Shown in pieces: positions 1 through 12,608 of a stretch of 64,000 nt of DNA (the first letter of the stretch is position 1; each line of letters starts with the position of its first letter). The position numbers and the translations under genes were made by a program. The notes under the pieces are model-generated. The model saw only the letters and a program-made list of their open reading frames with translations, searched no databases and was not told the origin of the DNA. The DNA comes from Octopus sinensis. Its lineage: Eukaryota. Location: positions 84,506,001 through 84,570,000 of the forward strand of contig NC_043003.1 in NCBI RefSeq assembly GCF_006345805.1. Reading direction: 5' to 3'.

Positions 1-275
1 CATTTTTACGCTTTGAGTTCAAATTGTCATTCATTCTTTTGGGGTCGATAATTTAAGTACTAGTGAAACCCTGTGGTTGATGTAATCGACTAGTCCCCAT
101 CAAAATAAATTCAGGTCTTGTGCCTATAGTAGAAAGGGTTATTATTATCAGCAGAATCGTTAGCACGCTGGGCAAAATGCTTAACAGCATTTCGCCCGGT
201 TTTACGTTCTCAGCTCAAATTCCACTGAGGTTGATTTTTGCCTTTCATCCTTTCGAAGTCGATAAGATAAGAAGC
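1..275 (+). mobile_element. Two adjacent partial SINE-B copies
   Basis: B-box gagttcaaat, central cttt-gggtcgata-aagtac-ag block, tail gtagaaagggttattatt; second copy starts gcagaatcgttagcacg at about 151. Confidence 0.75.
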
Positions 276-464
276 AGTAGACTTAATCCACCACCCACTT
301 TAACAAAACCACCTGAGCCTTGAATGCTCTGAGTGTAGTTACCAATTTTTGCAAAGTCGCTTGACAGAAAAAAAATTTCTTCACGTCTTTTCTTCAGATT
401 GGCGTCCTTGTAAAAGGCCAGTCTCTGCTTTACTCCTCCTAGACAGACAGACAGACAGATAGAT

Positions 465-627
465 ATATGACGGGCTTCTTTCAGTTTCTATTTACCAAAT
501 GCACTCACAAAGCTTTGGTCGGCCCGAGGCTAGAGTAGAAGACACTTGCTCAAGGTGCTACGCAGTGAGACTGAACCCGGTGCCAGGTGGTTGGGAAACA
601 AACTTCTTACCACACAGCCACACCTGT
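465..627 (-). mobile_element. SINE-A 5' half
   Basis: gacgggcttctttcagtttc...ttaccacacagcca matches the reverse complement of the full copy at 14580. Confidence 0.8.
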
Positions 628-827
628 GCATGTATATCTAATTATTTATCTATCCATATTTATCTATCCATATGTATATATATATATATATATAAATTCA
701 CATGGGTAATATTCGATGAAAAAATGAATAAAACAGATCTTTGTTTTTATATTTTCCTTTTAATTGTAAGACTATAACAAATGCTCGATCAGAATTCTCT
801 CTCTCTCTCACTCACTAACTATATGTG

Positions 828-875
<48 letters not shown>

Positions 876-1305
876 TCGATCCTATGTAAAGCTGGTGACA
901 TACATCTGCGCAGCTACAGTCGTTTTTCTGTACGGTTGACTTCACACAAAACAAAACTTGTACATGCTCATTACCACTTCTCTTTACTGAACTCTCTTAC
1001 ACACACTCACACATTACAATCGTCAGTCAAATCACCGAGGCCACAGCTTGTTTTACTACGACAGACTTTTACATAAAATTAAAAGAAAAGAAACTCAGTA
1101 GCGACACCAATCAATACACGCACGCTCCACACGCACATACAGAGCGAGAGCAGCCTTTTGTGATCCATTTGGAACAAAGTTTCTTCTATAACAATAACCA
1201 GCTGAATAACATTATCAAGGAAAATATAGAGGTTAAGAGCTATCATTTTTTATAGCAATAACTTGTTGATATCAACATTATCCGTGATTATAATAAGCGA
1301 CTACC

Positions 1306-1915
1306 CATAGATACATACACACACAAATATATGCATACATACACACACAGATACATAGACACACAAATATATACATGCATACACACACAGATATATACAT
1401 GCATACACACACAGATACATACACACACAGATACATACACACACAGATACATACACACACAAATATCTACATGCATACATACACAGATACATACACACAC
1501 AAATATATACATGCATACACACACAGATACATACACACACAGATACATACACACACAGATACATACACACACAAATATATACATGCATACACACACAGAT
1601 ATATACATGCATACACACACAGATACATACACACACAGATACATACACACACAGATACATACACACACAAATATCTACATGCATACATACACAGATACAT
1701 ACACACACAAATATATACATGCATACACACACAGATACATACACACACAGATACATACACACACAGATACATACACACACAAATATATACATGCATACAC
1801 ACACAGATATATACATGCATACACACACAGATATATACATGCATACACACACAGATACATACACATACAAATATATACATGCATACACACACAAATATAT
1901 ACATGCATACATGCA
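1306..1915. repeat. Compound minisatellite (gatacatacacacaca / aaatatatacatgcatacacacaca units)
   Basis: Tandem units seen directly; variant aaatatctacatgcatacatac recurs at 1461 and 1669. Confidence 0.95.
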
Positions 1916-2559
1916 TACGTGCATAACAAAACCGTGTTGTGGAAATCCAGTGTTGTCTTCAAAGGGACACTCACAGATACCATATTGATTTCCTTTGATC
2001 GGGTAGAAAGCCTTATTTTTGCACGAATAGGGGACGTGATCGATCATATTCGCGCGTGTTACATATTATTATTAACGGCTGCTTTATTATATAAAGCTTA
2101 GTGGTAGGGATGTATTACCTGGATCCAGTTTGAGTTTTAACGGAAACGACAGTCTCATCTTACTCAATACTGGCCGAGAGAAGGAAAATGGCTGTAGCTG
2201 TGCAATGCTGGAAAGAGTGAGTGTGTACGTATCAGTTTATGGGTGAAAAAGAGATCGCAAGGAATAATATGTGAGAGAATGAAAGTCAGAAAGGAAGAGA
2301 AAATTAGTAAATGTGTGACAGAATGAGTGGCTGTGAATGAGTGAATGCGTATGAATGAGTGAATGCGTATGAATGAGTTAATGAGTGCAATATATGCTTC
2401 CTGTGTTGATATTAGCGAGGATGTTGTTGATGAGGATGACGAAAAGCAGGAAAGGGAGGAGGATGGCGACCACGCCCAGACTAATACGATCGCTATGACA
2501 ACGACAACAACGAAGACTGTGCATTAAAATACTGTGTATTAAAAGTAATAACTGGGTTG

Positions 2560-3600
2560 TAATGAAGAGAGTGAACACCTGGTAAAGTATTGTGTTTAAT
2601 GGATTTGAATTGGAAAAGTACTTTTCAGGGTTGCAGTGACTGGTGGAAGGCATGGAAAAAGTTATTTTTAGAGAGAAAGCCTGGCTCAAAAGACTAATGT
2701 AAAGACACCGAACTGCCATCTGGTAGTGTAAACCGAGTGGTGGAATAAATCTACCACCTAAGAGAGTGAACAGTTCCTCAGACCGACTTCCATACAGTTT
2801 CCTTATTTCTTTATTGCCCACAAGGGGCTAAACATAGAGGGGACAAACAAGGACAGACATCGACCCCAGTGCGTAACTGGTACTTAATTTATCGACCCCG
2901 AGAGGATGAAAGGCAAAGTTGACCTCGGTGGAATTTGAACTCAGAACGTAACGGCAGACGAAATACCTATTTCTTTACTACCCACAAGGGACTAAACACA
3001 GAGAGGACAAACAAGGACAGACACACGGATTAAGTCGATTATATCGACCCTAGTGCGTAACTGGTACTTATTTAATCAACCCCGAAAGGATGAAAGGCAA
3101 AGTCGACCTCGGCGGAATTTGAACTCAGAATGTAACGGCAGACGAAATACGGCTACGCATTTCGCCCGGCGTGCTAACGATCCTGCCAGCTCGCCGCCTT
3201 AACTTCCATACAGTTTCTGCTGACCATATTTCATTCACAATACATATGAGATTATATGGTAGAAATCACTCACCCAATGATGCCGTGCAATGGGACTGAA
3301 CCCGAAGCGTACTACTCAAGTTCTTTCAAATATCTCCCAAGTTTTGTGATTAGTCTGTTCTGCATGCATATAACTCAGTTTTGTTCCTCATGTTAACACG
3401 CTGGATTGATCTCGCTCATGATGTGAGAATGCAGACGGAGCTTGTTAAATATAACCCGGCTCATAAGATGAGGCACGCAATACTGCCAGCGGGGAAACAA
3501 GGCTCACGGCCAAAGACATTAGTCTGTAGTCACTTTTGAGCAACTGAACAGATATGTCTAGGTGACCCACAATAAAACATGATTAGGTGATGACCTACCA
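2560..3600 (-). mobile_element. Decayed CR1/L2-like LINE 3' RT region, interrupted by SINE insertions
   Basis: Frameshifted minus-strand translation gives ..SHI..MQNRLI.., resembling the EYCSHIW...IQxRAxRLI block; manual reading only. Confidence 0.35.
2802..3201 (-). mobile_element. SINE-B dimer with 16-bp TSD
   Basis: TSD acttccatacagtttc at 2786-2801 and 3202-3217; two tandem B units joined at gaaatacctatttct (about 2960-2974). Confidence 0.92.
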
Positions 3601-4560
3601 AAAACCACATGGCGTTTAGTGTAACGCATAAGGCTCAACTGCTAAGCCAGTAGATACCCGAGTAACGTAAAGATTTATTGTATAAAGGGAAGAGCAAAGA
3701 ATCATGGTTGCAATATATTTCTATACATATATTCATACACGCACCCATATGCTTTATATCCCCATTTGTATGGTATAAGTATAGCTCCTTGTGTCCAGTA
3801 AAGGGTGATATTACTACTACTACTACTACTACTAATAATAATAATAATAATAATAATAATGATTTATTATTATTTTTCTCTCCTGAGATATGGCCTGATT
3901 CGAACTCAGAATGTAGAAATGCGATTGCAAATACTGAAATAGCACACGTATTTCTTTTGATCCACCTTTCATCCTGTTTCGTTTTTGTAAAAAAAAATAC
4001 TTTTGCGGCTTTTATCAACTTCTGCATAGACAAACAAATCAAAATTCTGCCAACGAAACACAATAGAATTTTCTGCTTAACCTATTAGTATCATATTTTT
4101 TTATGACGGAAGTAATTATCATAAATCAGGAAAGTCTCGAAATAAAGAAGTATCAAATAGAAACAATGGCTTTGAACAAGTAACTTGAGAATGGTGATGG
4201 AAAACAAACAAATATATTACGCACGAGCAAATGAAGAAAACTCTTCGTTGTTGTTTCATCTGCCAAAAATAACAACCAAATCTCCCTCATTTGTCTATAA
4301 AATGGACATGTGGAAAAATTTTCTTAATGGTTTAGTCAGAGAAAGCGGGACAGTGACTATGACGTTTTTTTTCAAGTCCCCTATGAAGGAAGGGAGGAAG
4401 TTATTTTCTGGTTCGAATACTTGCAACGGAGTGGACCTCTACTAAAATTACTCAAGAACCAGGAGAGTAATGCTTCACCAGGTGACATATTACGACTGCT
4501 TTATTAAGAAAAAAATGTAGTCTGGGGTGCACTCATTCTTGAATAAGGATTAGATTGAAA

Positions 4561-5374
4561 GGATCTTTTCCTTTTGAACGACAGATGTCAACGCAATTTC
4601 TAGTAAACTAAACACTTTTAAACTTCGTATACTGGTAGAATGTGTTTATAAAACATTATTCTTCCTTGGCTTTATTGAGAAAATTCTATAGTTTGTAACA
4701 TATTTCCACTATAAAATCGAGCATTTTGGCAATTTTAACCAATCAAATACGTCCATTTGGAGTCAAAACATACTGTGCTGTATGAATATGCCCCTCGTTT
4801 AAGAAACAGATTGGGTTTATTTACATTTGCGAAGAAAAAAAGATACCCTTCCCCCACCCCTAACCCTAACCCTAAAATAGATTGAAATGCAATAGATCGA
4901 TATCAGGGCCATAATTATGGGTGACAATTTCATACGACACCGCTACGGAAATGGGATTTTTTTCTAGCGGTGTCAAATGAAAATGTCACCCATAATTATG
5001 GCCCTGGTATCGATCTATTGCATTTCAATTTATTTTAGGATTAGGGTTAGGGGTGGGGTTAGGGTTAGGGTTAGGGGCGGGGGAAGGGTATCTTTTTTTA
5101 CTTTGCAAATGTAAATAAACCCAATCTGTTTCTTAAACGAGGGGCATATTCATACAGCACGGAATCTTTTCACCCCAAATGGAGGTGAGCGATTGGTTAA
5201 AATTGTCAAAATGCTCAGTTTTAAAGTGGAAATATGTTACAACATATAGAATTTTCTCAATAAAGCCAAGGAAAAATGATGTTTTATAAACACATTCTAC
5301 CAGTATACAAAGTTTAAAAGTGTTTAGTTAACTAGAAATTGTGTTGACATCTGCCGTTCAAAAGGAAAAGATCC
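4561..5374. mobile_element. Foldback/MITE DNA transposon with about 400-bp inverted arms, 8-bp TSD and internal telomeric repeats
   Basis: Starts ggatcttttccttttgaacg, ends cgttcaaaaggaaaagatcc; flanks gattgaaa (4553-4560) and gattgaca (5375-5382); arms pair to a centre near 4950. Confidence 0.92.
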
Positions 5375-6508
5375 GATTGACAGTCTATCATCATACGCGT
5401 TTGCTCATAGACGGATGTGGAGTTCAAAGAGAAAAAAAACACATCTTTACTCTACCAACGGAACATACATTGGATAATATATTCGTCTTGTTCTAAAAAG
5501 GGGGTGGAATGTTTTAGGTGCCTATATAATCGTGAGCATACATAGTTACCCTCTCGATCCTCTCCTCTTTAACCCGGTGGAACATCAAGAACTTAATGTG
5601 GAAGAAATGAGAGCTGCACCAGCAATTGGCTAGTACTCATTTACAGCCGAATAGACAAGAGCTACTTGAAATGAAGTGGTTTGCTCAAAGACCCAAAGCA
5701 CTACCTGGTTCAGGAATTACACTCATATCACCCAATGATGCCGTACAATGGGACTGAACCCGAAACCATTTACTTCCGCATTCAAACCGCTGGACTGCGC
5801 ACTTTTATTCCAGGAGCAAAACAACAACAACTAAAAGAGAACTGTTATCTTGTAATAGTAATGTTTAAATATGCTTCGGTCCCCACATAGAATATCTTAA
5901 AAACTCTTATGATACGAAGGGGTATTGTGATAGTCTATCGTCTCGGAAGAAACGTAAATATCCGCAATGAAATTGGTAATACATACTTCTATAGGAATAT
6001 TATAGATATGGGTTCATAGAAGCCTTTAAATTATAAGTCCCGTTATTGCATCAGAAAGTCGTTATGAACAGACAGAGTGAGTGGCACGAACTTGCGCGAA
6101 CCTATAGGATGCAATAGAACAGATTGGAGCTTGAAGTTTTGGGGATAAATCAGGTAGTTTTCTTACCATATATAACATAGCTAACAAACCTTCAGCAATA
6201 ACAAAAGCAATTATTATGTATTTATCTATTCTTAATCTGCACAGTAGATTGACTCCTCGTACGCACAGTAAAGTGAGGATCTAAATAATCATGAAACTCT
6301 TCCTTCTTAATACAATTATGCAAATTTGATCGTGAATATATAAAAGCTGTTATTTTTCACCCCCGGAGAACGCTTCCTTTTTTAGGTGATGTGTGGTTGT
6401 AACATAAGTGGTTCGACGGGTGAAAACCAACAGCGACTAAATAATAACGTTGGAGTCTGCCAGAAAGTATAAATACTGAATAGATGGGTTATTATATTGT
6501 CGCTATTC

Positions 6509-6597
6509 TGCATGCACCTATGAATTCGTATAAATCTTGCAGGTAGCTGCATGCACCTATGAATTGGTATATGTCTGGAAGGTAGCTGCATGCACCA
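6509..6597. repeat. 39-bp tandem repeat, about 2.3 copies
   Basis: ctgcatgcacc at 39-bp spacing, units ctgcatgcacctatgaatt...aggtag. Confidence 0.9.
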
Positions 6598-6673
6598 GCA
6601 AATAGTTTACTTGCTGATTCCCAAAAGTACGTTCTCATGTTCTTGTGCAATTCATCGGTCCGGTCGTGGAGTA

Positions 6674-6726
6674 GCTGTGACTGATGAGGCAAACAACGAG
6701 GTCGAAACACAGCAGTGCCTCGAAGT
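6674..6726 (+). ncRNA. Type I hammerhead ribozyme motif, U16.1 changed to C
   Basis: gctgtga CTGATGA ggc-aaacaacgag-gtc GAAA cac-agca-gtg CC tcgaagt. Confidence 0.65.
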
Positions 6727-8929
6727 CTTGTTGCCACGGTGAATCGGTGAATCACGTGTCTTAATAACATACATCTGTCGTGTCCGTTACCATTCATCAG
6801 AAATTTATAGAAAAGTTCTATTTCAATCTTTTATCTTTTGCTCATGTAATCTACAGTATACTTTTATAGACTTACTTGTGTAAGAATTTCGCTTACAGCC
6901 GTTTCTGCTATAGGGAACTTTGAATCCAGAGTAGAATGCTAGTGTGATACCTAACAACTTCTTCAGAGCCTTTTGAATGATTTCACTCAAAATGCTTATG
7001 TAACTCTTGTTCTTTTGTCATTCATCATACATATACACACAAGGATTTCGATTTTGAAAAAATATTTTCGCTCTTTTTTTAAAAAATAATTATTGAAGCA
7101 TTGTATCTAAAACATTTCTTGTGTAAGGAATAATCGAACATCAACGAAACAATCGATCATAAAGAGACGAATCAGAAGGCCACACCTATGGGAAACAGTT
7201 TAGCCCAACTGCTAGTATGATACTTAAAAAGAAAAACCCAAAGAGGGTGATGGGGTGTAATTGGAATTTTAGAAGCAATAGAGCACAACACATTAGTTGA
7301 ACCTCAGTATTTCATGTTTTCCATTTTGTATTAGGAGTTCAAATATGGCTGTGTTCGACTTTAGTTTTTATTCCACTAAGGTCGATGAAATAAATACTAA
7401 TTATGCTGGAGAACTGATGTTAATCGACTACTCTGTATATATGCCTTTCTTTTCCCCTTCAACTCGTGGCTTCATGCCAATTTAACAATTCATATTTCAA
7501 AGAACTCAAACTTTTATATATATATATATATATATATATGAGAATGCTGTGTATATTTGAAGCAAAGTTCATACACGCACGCACATACAGAATGAGAGAT
7601 ACGCAACTCAAATTTACACCATCACAAGAGACCAAAGGCCTATACACCCATCGCATCATATATATATACGCACACACACATACATATATCAAATGTACAC
7701 TATCTAAACTGCCTACATCATACATACATATCTCAAACGTGCATTACCACAACTGTTCTTACAACCCTAAAAATCATACATACACATGTTCACACACACA
7801 CACACATATATATATATATACACACATCATATGTATCAAATTAATATGGAACGACAAAAATAACTGAAAAGATAAAGAACACGTAAAAATGATAACCATT
7901 AGAGGATGTTAAATGTCGGATATACACCAGCGTGTATATATGTGTGAATATATACTTCCAGTGCACATGCATCTATGTAAAGGATACGGTTATGAACAGA
8001 TATCTTGCAACGATCAATTAGCAGATTATTTTATATTTGAAGAGTTAAACGATGCTTTTCTCCTAATTAAATAAATTAAATTAATGGGATGGAGGATGGC
8101 TGGGAGAAGTTTAGAAATTGCTCGAATAGTTTGCGCGTGGCTGTCGTTTTTTGTTTAACTTTCAGTACAGCTCTGATCGAGTAGGGGCATTTTCGAAGAC
8201 GCTCCAGCCGTGACCATCCCACCAGGCTGCAAATTCAGTGTATTATGTAAAGTATCTATTTTCAAAGACGATAGAGGTGAGAGTTATGAAAGTGGCATTT
8301 CGATAGTAGTGGCACTGTTGTTCATCATGGTAATGGTGGTGGTGGTGGTGGTGGTAGCGGTTGTGATGATGGCGGTGGTGATGGCGACGGCAGTGTTGTT
8401 GCTGTTCATCATGGGAGTAGTGATGGTGGTGGTAGTGGTAGTTGTTGTGAAGGAGTGTTGTTACTGTTCTTTACGGTGTTAGTGGTGGTGGTAGCAATGG
8501 CAGCTGTGATGGTGGCGGTGGTAGCGTAGGCAGTGCAACTGGAGTTGCTTGTGGTTAACACAAAATTATGGCAGAGATTAGAAGTGGTGGCAAATATATA
8601 TTTGATAGTGGTTTAACCCCTAGATCAGATCCGATCACAGATATTACGAACGGAACCCGAGATCTGAGGGAAATTTGACTACAATGTCTAACACGTCGAA
8701 CAGCCACATCAACTCGTCAAAGTTGGTAATGATGATGATAAATGGTATTGGTGGTAGCAAAGGTGTTGCTAACGGCATAATTTCTAAGAGCAACGATGCT
8801 AACATTCAGAATAATGTTGGTGTCTCTCTTTCTTGTTTACTCTTTGACCCTAGGTCAGCCCTAACTTAGAAAACCCATGATGAAAACGTAGTGCTTCCTG
8901 CTTGGATGCAAGGCATCCAATGCATACTA

Positions 8930-9265
8930 CTTCGTTTTCTTACTGATTTCAGTCATTGGACTGCGGCCATGCTGGAGCACCGCCATGTAAAGTTAGCCGA
9001 ACAAATCGACCTCAGTACCTATTTTAAGTCTGGTAATTATCATATCGTCTCTTTTGCCGAACCGCTAATTTACCAGCACCGGCTCTCAAGCAAGGAGCGG
9101 GAAAACTACTTACAATGACAAAAACACGCACACAGAGGCTTCCACACCTTTTCTGTCTACTAAATTCACTCAGAAGGTATTAGTCGACCCCGGGGCTATT
9201 ATAGAAGACGTTCACCTAAGGAGCCGCACAATGGGACTGAACACGAAACTACGCGTTTGCGAAGC
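8930..9265 (-). mobile_element. SINE-A, diverged
   Basis: tttcagtcattggactgcggccatgctggagcaccgcc...gggactgaac. Confidence 0.8.
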
Positions 9266-9435
9266 AATTTATACCTAAAATATATAAAGATATATAACGC
9301 AAATAACATCAGATTTTAACATCAATCTAATTTTATGAGAGACAGTTGCACAGCTTATTTTTGCTTAAATCATGCAACCTATCTAGGTTATAAAATGTTC
9401 TCTACCCAAGTCTTTTGAGACAAGGTGTGACAAAT

Positions 9436-9480
9436 GTCGTGCTGATGACGGCTACTGGATCAGAAACATGCATCTACGAC
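9436..9480 (+). ncRNA. Minimal type I hammerhead motif, decayed
   Basis: gtcgtg CTGATGA cggctactggatca GAAA catgca TC tacgac; stem I gtcgtg/tacgac. Confidence 0.6.
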
Positions 9481-9714
9481 TGTTCGCTTATCTGTAGGTA
9501 TTAAGACTGTCTTTTTCCTTCATGGCATGTTAACTTTGGAGAAATTCTTGAAATTTGAGATTATTTCCCCTTTTCGTTAGCAAATTATGATAAGTTCTCT
9601 AGAGGCGAAGCTGATTCTAATGAACCAAGAATTTATGATATATGATATTCGATATACCTGTAATTGTGCATGCCATGTATACCCTACTGGTTTGGATACT
9701 TAAAATTTTATGTG

Positions 9715-9890
9715 CTGATATTTGTCCCAGTTGTCGAAGCTGGGTCAAACGCTTTCCGTTCAGAACCATCCCGTCGTTTGTTTACAGGTACCTAAGTACA
9801 ACATGATATAACACTCTTTCATTTTCAGATTTCGAATGTAATTTGAGAGAGATTTAGCTGCTATAACAGAATGAGCGAACAAATAGCGGG
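9715..9890 (+). mobile_element. Dispersed repeat family D, representative copy (others near 8160, 8610, 8840, 12990, 17720, 32700, 33620, 40940, 41230, 54280, 55600)
   Basis: Shared blocks cccaggtcagccctgatcga, ttccagc..gaccatcc, ttatccaatgt, gatttgagggagatttggctgctatttctagca. Confidence 0.6.
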
Positions 9891-11254
9891 TCTTTTATTG
9901 CTTGTGTGCCATCAATGTTGGCATGAGTGCTCCTTGGCATCGGTGGTAGAAGTTTATGGATATAACGGTACAGCTGCCCTGGCAATGGTAAAGTGAAGCG
10001 GTAGCAATTGCTGCAAAGAGATATATGCATGATAAAGTGGGTTATTAGCAATGCAGACTGCATGTCATGGTAATAGGAGTAACGCTCTTAATGATGTGAA
10101 AACAGGGCTTCATATCAAGTTATATCATTTCAGTAACGTCTATTTATAAAAGAAACATACACACCGTTCCACAGAAAGTCATGAATGTTGGATTTTCGAA
10201 ACTTAACTGTACTTACATCACCTCCTTTTCTAGTCTTAATCAGCTAGTTTCAGAAGGCATCCCTAGAAAATATTCCCATGTTACTATGTTTAGTTATTTA
10301 ATCAGTCAATGCTTTTGTCTTTTCCTTTTTCCATTGAAAAAAATATATATTGCCTCAATTATTCTAAGATCTAGTAAGTACGAGCAAGACACTACTTCTC
10401 TGAGAAGGGTTAACATGACTAAAACGTGTCCATAATTGTCTCCCTTCTAAGCAAAATTTACTCTCTACTGCATGTTCCCAACTTTTAATCAACTGGGGTT
10501 ACAGAGCTGTGTTTCTTGCCTTACGAGATAAGAATTTTCATTACGGGTGAAATTTTAATCGATTAAGGTGCTTCAATTATTATCAATATTATTATTTTTG
10601 TTGTTGTTCATTGCAGTATGTTACTCCTACTTAACTATGTGTTCGTTATTATTTTGTATTATACAAAATACCATCACACGCATACATACCTTACCTACAT
10701 ACATATACGCACACTTACATGCGTACAAACCAACAAACGCACACACAATTACAAGCATATATACACATAATGACACACATACCTAATTAATTAAACCTTG
10801 AACAAATTGAAAATCACATACACACCAATATACACGCACAGACAATCACTCCACTCCTACCCCCATGCACACAACACCTCACCCTCTCTCTCTCACATAC
10901 ACACACACATTGATCAATAATACAACAAACACACACATGTCCACACTCTCACTAAAACACAACACACTGACCGATAATACAACACACAACATAAACAAGA
11001 GAAACAAACAACCAACTTGTTACCCAGAAATTGACCAATGAGAAAAAATCAATTTCATTTTGGTTTTTGAAGTGAAATAGAATCGATCTTTTACAGAGAA
11101 CTGTGTTGTTGTTGTTGTTGTTGTGGTGGTGGTGGTGGTGGTGGTGGTAGCAGTGATGTTAGCAAGGGGTATCAATAATGGTAGTTGAGGTATAGGTCGT
11201 GGTAGGGATTATATAAATGTTAGCGAATGTTTTTGTACTATTACCACCAGTAGC

Positions 11255-11475
11255 AAGGCGGCGAGCTGACAGAAACGTTAGCACGCTGGACGAAATGCTT
11301 AGAGGTATTTCGTCCGGCGCTACGTTCCGAGTTCAAGTTCCGCCGAGGTCGACTTTGCCTTTCATCCTTTCGAGGTCGATAAAATAAGTACCAGTTAAAC
11401 ACTGGGATCAATATAATCGGCTCATCCCTACCTCCCCCAAGCTGCCCTTGTGGCAAAAATTTGAAATAATTATTA
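11255..11475 (+). mobile_element. SINE-B, near full length
   Basis: aaggcggcgagctgacagaaacgttagcacg head with A-box, gagttcaagttcc B-box, central domain. Confidence 0.9.
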
Positions 11476-11660
11476 CCACAAGTAGTAGTAGTAGTAGTAG
11501 TAGTAAGGTGAAGTGAAGGCGGCGTGTGGCCTAGTGGTTATAGCGTTGATATCACAATCATAAAGTCGTGGGTTCGAATCCTGGAGTAGAAGGTGACGAA
11601 TTGTGTTGAGCAAGGTACTTCAGTTCATCATTACGCGTTGCTTTTAGCACCAGTCTAAGG

Positions 11661-11987
11661 TAAAGACTCCTTCGGTCATCAATTGACCATGGGATTGCAC
11701 CAAGAAAGGTCCCCTCCGAGGCACAAGTCCGGGCAAGGTTGTTTATGGAAGACTAGCAGTCATCCATGCATACCAGCCTTCCCTCTCCACGCCACTAATG
11801 TTAATCATGGAAAAGCCAAAGGCCGATACAGCTTGACATCAGTGACGTCGCAACTCATTTCTACAGCTGAGCGAAGTGAAACAAAGTGTCTTGCTCAAGA
11901 ACACAACACACAATCCGGTCCGGGAATCGAACTCACCACCTCTTGATTGTGAACCCGACGCTCTAACCGCTGAGCCATGCGCTTTCA
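11661..11987 (-). mobile_element. SINE-C, tail type i
   Basis: Minus strand tggctcagcggttagagcgtcgggttcacaatc..gagttcgattcccgg tRNA head, cttgagcaagacactt CORE-like block. Confidence 0.85.
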
Positions 11988-12187
11988 CCAGCTGTGTACT
12001 GGGGTAACTTTCTCCCTCTCCCGTTCCGGTTGTCATATCCTCGTTAGTTCCACTGCACCAAGTGCGGGTTGACTTGAGACGGCATCTATGTCTGCTCGCG
12101 ACTATACACGCACCTAAAACAATTAGCGAAAGCATGGTACTCATAACCAAGTCATACTCGCTTGCGAGTGACGGACAGATGCGTGTT

Positions 12188-12223
<36 letters not shown>

Positions 12224-12224
12224 A

Positions 12225-12608
12225 TACTCATTTACTCTTATTTGTTTCAGTCCTTTGACTGTGGCCATGCTGGAGCACCGCCTTTAGTCGAACAAATCGA
12301 TCCCAGGACTTATTCTTTGTAAGCATAGTACTTATTGCATCGGTCTCTTTTGCTGAGCCGCTAAGTTACGGGGACGTAAACACACCAGTATCGGTTGTCA
12401 AGTGATGTTGGGGATTACAAACACAGACACACATACGCATATATACGACGGGTTTCTTTCACTTTCCGTCTACCAAATCCACTCACAAGGCTTTGGTCGG
12501 CCCGTGGCTATAGTAGAAGACACTTGCCAAGGTGCCACGCAATGGGACTGAACCCGGAACTATGTGGTTCGTAAGCAAGTTACTTACCACACAGCCACTC
12601 CTGCGCCT
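12225..12608 (-). mobile_element. SINE-A, full length, inserted in (TAG)n
   Basis: Colinear with the 14580 copy; (tag)n on both sides. Confidence 0.92.

Larger units (their letters stand above)
5920..6960 (+). mobile_element. Decayed Penelope-like element 3' end (GIY-YIG remnant plus terminal repeat with hammerhead)
   Basis: Broken frames IVIVYR..SIG..SRYCIRKS..HELAR..LPY..KAIIMYLSILNLHSRL..THSK follow the motif order of a PLE endonuclease C-terminus; hammerhead motif downstream. Confidence 0.5.

Noticed and set aside
1278-2101. Long ORFs of 126-256 aa on both strands
   Set aside because: Translations of the CA/TA minisatellite (HT/CV/YI repeats); the same applies to ORFs at 21.5-22.2k, 52.4-52.8k, 53.7-54.0k and 60.7-62.3k
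4852-5088. Chromosome end or telomere fusion
   Set aside because: Tracts are short, internal to a TSD-flanked palindrome, and oriented CCCTAA..TTAGGG, opposite to an end-to-end fusion
6509-6597. CRISPR-like spaced repeats
   Set aside because: Only about 2.3 units, the 'spacers' resemble each other, eukaryotic context, no cas genes
6492-6797. 101-aa minus-strand ORF with repeated GACSYL
   Set aside because: The repeat comes from the 39-bp tandem, and the ORF is antisense to a hammerhead-bearing terminal repeat; no recognisable domain
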